64,000 bases of DNA from NCBI RefSeq assembly GCF_963506605.1, contig NC_083286.1, forward strand, positions 32,674,001 to 32,738,000, written 5' to 3'. Shown here in pieces: positions 59,873-64,000 of the stretch. Within the stretch, counting starts at the first letter, position 1. Every line of letters starts with the position of its first letter. A model generated the notes under the pieces. The model saw nothing but the letters and a program-made list of their open reading frames with translations. It searched no databases and had not been told where the DNA came from. This stretch comes from Zootoca vivipara (taxonomy: Eukaryota). Made by a program: the position numbers and the translations under genes.

Positions 59873-61617
59873 AGACTAAGGGGAGGAAATAATAATAAAC
59901 TTTACTTCCTGAAAACTCTGAGAAAAGGATGATTGACATGCAATTAAAATACACAGGTTTGTGTCCAGTGCTCTGCCATCCAGATAGACATTGGACTAGT
60001 GAAGGTTGAAATCAACTAATTCATGGACTACAGCAGCCTTACCCAATCTGGTGCCCTTCAGATGTTTTGGTCCTTATCATTGGTCCTGTTGACTAGGGTT
60101 GCTAAGAATTTAGGTCCAACATCTGGAGGGCCCAGGTAGGGAAAGGCTGGGCTATAAAAACTAGATGCGCCTGTCACCAAAACATCCCCCTGCAGATGTG
60201 CCCTCAAACCTGCACACAATACATCATTCTAGAACCCATATATACAATTTGATACATGTTTGCTTAAGGTACGCCACTCAGCTGGGGTCTAAAACAGCAA
60301 TGGAATTTTGATTTAGTGTAAGGATTTCAAATAGCAACACTTATGCTCCAAGTAATGCTCCAAGATAGTGATGAGACAAAGTCAGTACAGCAATGCTAAG
60401 TTCACTGTGATTGCTAAAGTAGATGGGTAAACAGCAGAACCCCAACAAGAGTCATGTTTGCCTACACATTGCTTAAATAATAAAGATTTCTAAACAATCC
60501 CTTTAAAAAAAAAGGAAGTGGACACCCTTAATAAGGCCTCTCTCTGTTCAGATCATGACAGAAAAGGAAATATTCAATTCCCATTAGTCAGGCTGCCCTG
60601 CTGTTACTAGGGGAGAACGTTTCAATTTTTAACCAGAGCCTAGCCTCGCAATACTGCACTCAATCATTTGGAAGCTTGTTTTTTAAAAGAAACTGGAATT
60701 CTCACTATTTCAGCCATTACAAAAAAATAAAATAAAATAAATACCAGGTCCAAATCCTTCTGCAATGGGAAATGAAGTGCAAAGTGGGAAACTTTATTTT
60801 CTCCATAAACTTATTTTTTAATTACAAATTAGCTTGGTAGCACATTTTTGCTCTTCTTTGAATCAAGAGCTTCTGGCAACAGTCCTCCGTTGATTCACTA
60901 CCTTGCCCTTGTACTGTATATGTTCACTGAATCAAATACTGAGGTTTGAAAGAAAGGAACTGTTTAAGTTTGCAAGAAACATGGCAGTCACAGTCTCAGC
61001 CAGAGATGATAACATATTCCTTCCATATGGAACAATGTTGTGCACATTGAACAATTATTTATAATACTGTACTTATTTTGGAGAAAAGCTAAGTGCAGTA
61101 TAAATACACAGAATAGAGTGCTTCAATTTAAGGCTACTATATATGGAGCACACATTTCTAAGGAAATTGTTTTGAGATTTCTTCTCTTCAGATAAGACAT
61201 GTTGAAAATATGAAGCTGTCCTATACTGATTTAGACTACAACTAGCCCAGGATTACCTATTCTGACTGGCAACTCTCCAGGGTCTCAGGTTGATGACTTT
61301 TGAAGCTCTCCTCCTGAGCTTATTGTAACTGGAGTTGCAAACTTAAGACCTTGTGCATGCAAAACATGTGCCCTGCACTGAGATACAGTCTCTCCTCAGT
61401 ATTTAACATTATCCTCTATCAAGAAGGAGCTAATGTGTACCATGTTGTTGGCTATTTCTGTTCTACACTTTATTAGATTTAATAAAATAGAGACACATTT
61501 CCCTGCTGAGATTGTTGCACCTAGAAAAGTGAGACTAGCAAGACATCACTTGAAATGCTACTGGATGATCAAGTGAAAGCAAATATATCAGAAGCTGCCA
61601 TAGAAACAGTGAGACCT

Positions 61618-61676
61618 CTCCTCTCTCTTTCTCTCTGTGTGTGTGTGTCGTCGTCGTCGTCGTCGTCCCCCCCCCC
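61618..61676. repeat. Compound (CT)n(GT)n(GTC)n(C)n simple repeat
   Basis: Directly visible. Confidence 0.85.
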
Positions 61677-63282
61677 GACTTGTAATTCACATTTATACAG
61701 TGACAAATTGCCAACTACTCTGTGATGGAGCATTTGTTCAGCAACAAAAGTCATTTGTTGTTATCTACATGTGCACAGAACTTTAAGGTACCACCATTCC
61801 ATGTTAAGTCTTGCAGGAAAAACAATGAGTCTTGTGGCACCTTAAAGAGTAACAGATTTATTATGGCATAACCTTTCAAGGACTAGGGAAATGCAACCTG
61901 GTTATTTTCCAATACTTATTGTAACAAAATGATCTCATCAGGGTCTTCCTGTGAGGTGCTTATGAAACAGTGCCCATCCTTCTTTTCCCATCTTTACTCC
62001 CTAGGTTCAAGCAAAAGTGATATTCGATCCAAATCCCGTTCTGTATCCAACAGTGCTTAGTGCATTGATCTCATATTGCCTATGCTTGTAAAATGAATAT
62101 TTATCCGTATCAAAGTAAATGAGACTGTAAAGAACATGGTCAACATGCATGGGGAAAGAAGGAAACACTGAGCTATACTCAGTTGCTTGGGGTACCATAT
62201 AGCAAGCTGAGTATGACCCTCCTTCCCTTTGCTAGTACACGACACTTGGTAGGAAAAAGATTACAACATACAAATCTATCTCAGTTTTCCTGCACCTCCA
62301 GGAGATACATGTCAGTGGCTATTTTGTTAAAGTGATCAATGCATTTCAGATATTAACACAAAAACCCTGAAAAACTACCTGCTCTAGCATGTACAGAATA
62401 ATAACTTTCCTCTGTAAGTCAGAGTGGCAAACTGGTGCTGCTTCCATAAGTTGCTGGACTGCTATTAGTCCTAGCCAACTTCACCAATATTCAAGGATGA
62501 TGAGAGTTATAGTTCTCTGATATCTGTGGACTATAGCCCTGTTGATAAGCCTTAACTGTTACTGGCATTGCCCTTTTCTTTGCCCTCCTGTTTAGTTTCC
62601 TGTTTCATGCAGGATGCTAAACTCCTAAGAACAAGGATCTCTCTTCGTAATGGAGAAGCATAATTTGACAAGTACAACGAAGATGCTGCATAAATTCAAC
62701 AACAGCAACAAAACCCACTATGAAGCACAGTCTATTCAGTTACAGTTAAGTTTATAACGGATTAAACACTTTAAAAAAAGTTTATACTGGAAAATTGGCA
62801 ACTAGTTCTTGTTCTCAGAACTGGCACATCACTCATTCTTTCATGAAAATAAACAGATGACATATTTTTCAATACTTGCCAAAATAAAATTAATTTAGCC
62901 ATCAACTTTTTAGTATCTTACATGTCATTTTATTAAATGACTCCTTAAAATATGTTCTGAAGTTGTGGGGTTTTTTTAAGGTACAAGAAGACAATCCAAC
63001 AAGCTGTGTAGGGATGGAAAAAATGATATTGGAGCAGAATTTGGTATAAACACAACCCGATAAGAGAAAATGTAAGAGTTTGAAAATCTTTCAAAACATG
63101 TTTTAGGATGCCTGTAAAATTTAAAAATCCTGTTAAATCAAGAAAAGATGGCACATGTTAACAAATATCTTAGGCTGCTACCAGGCAGATGATTCCTAGT
63201 ACTACTAATCACTGCTCTCCTGCTGTAAACTACCAGAATTGCAGAATACTTTCCTCACTATCAAGGGGTATATATATATATA

Positions 63283-64000
63283 TTTTTAAATCATAATTTT
63301 TATTGATTTTACAAATTACAAAAAACGGTACATACATGAACACCTTTTCTACCTTCTTCCCGCCCCCCTCCATGGGTCCTCCGCTGCCACAGAAGTATCC
63401 CACGCAGGTGAACAGTCAGAGATGGTCCATTTTATGGTTGGATTTCTGTCCTCCTCCCCCTCCACTGCCCCCAAAGCCCCCCCCTGCCACCAGAGAGCTC
63501 CAGGAAACCAGGGCAGTACGCAGGAAGGCGTCCATCCAACCATCTATTCTCATACCAAAAAAGAGTAAAAAGAAAGAAAAAAAGAGACAAAAAAAGAGAC
63601 AAAAAAGGAAAAACAAAACAAAAATAATCTTTTTTCATTCATAATTAATAAACCATATTTTGTGGGCTTCCCCAACCTCCCCCCTTCCCCGGTTTTCATC
63701 CCTTTTTTATCCTCTTCAACAGTTTCTTATTCTATGAAATAATTACCTTTATACCTTATACTACTTTAAAACTTAGCTATTATCATTTTCACCAAATATC
63801 CAAATCACTGAAAAATCAAACTCCCATTTTTTCTTCCCGTGCCTAATTTCCCCCCCCCCTCTATAAGCCTCCATATTTTCACCTTTTTCCAAAATCAATT
63901 CACTTTTAAACTATAACTATTCCCAATCTAACCTTTCATCCCCAATTTCCGGCTCCAACCCCCCAATCCAGCAAGTTCCGTAGTCAGCAGTCCAGTTTTA
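63283..64000 (-). mobile_element. Probable L1/Tx1-type LINE 3'UTR next to a short (TA)n run
   Basis: T-rich start with TTTATT (minus-strand polyA signal and tail) and strongly strand-skewed composition; no coding motif seen. Confidence 0.35.

Overview
Vertebrate genomic DNA from a squamate reptile, probably a lacertid lizard (inferred from Sauria SINE, Squam3-type SINE and RTE-BovB content). It covers the ATP6AP1L - RPS23 - ATG10 syntenic block. The 5' exons of an ATP6AP1L-like gene lie on the minus strand at the left, and the last coding exons of ATG10 lie on the minus strand at the right. The main surprise is in the middle: TWO intact, four-exon RPS23 (uS12) genes sit head-to-head (20487-24002 minus; 24769-27942 plus) around a ~770-bp shared CpG promoter. 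By manual comparison they encode the same 143-aa protein and differ at 36 of 432 CDS positions, all synonymous. Their introns do not align, and long identical tracts in mid-exon suggest gene conversion. The rest is transposon-rich intronic and intergenic DNA: BovB, Sauria SINEs, hAT MITEs with 8-bp TSDs, solo LTRs, CR1/L2 relics and several nested insertions, plus a degenerate hammerhead-ribozyme-like motif. Most ORFs in the supplied track are spurious or transposon-derived.
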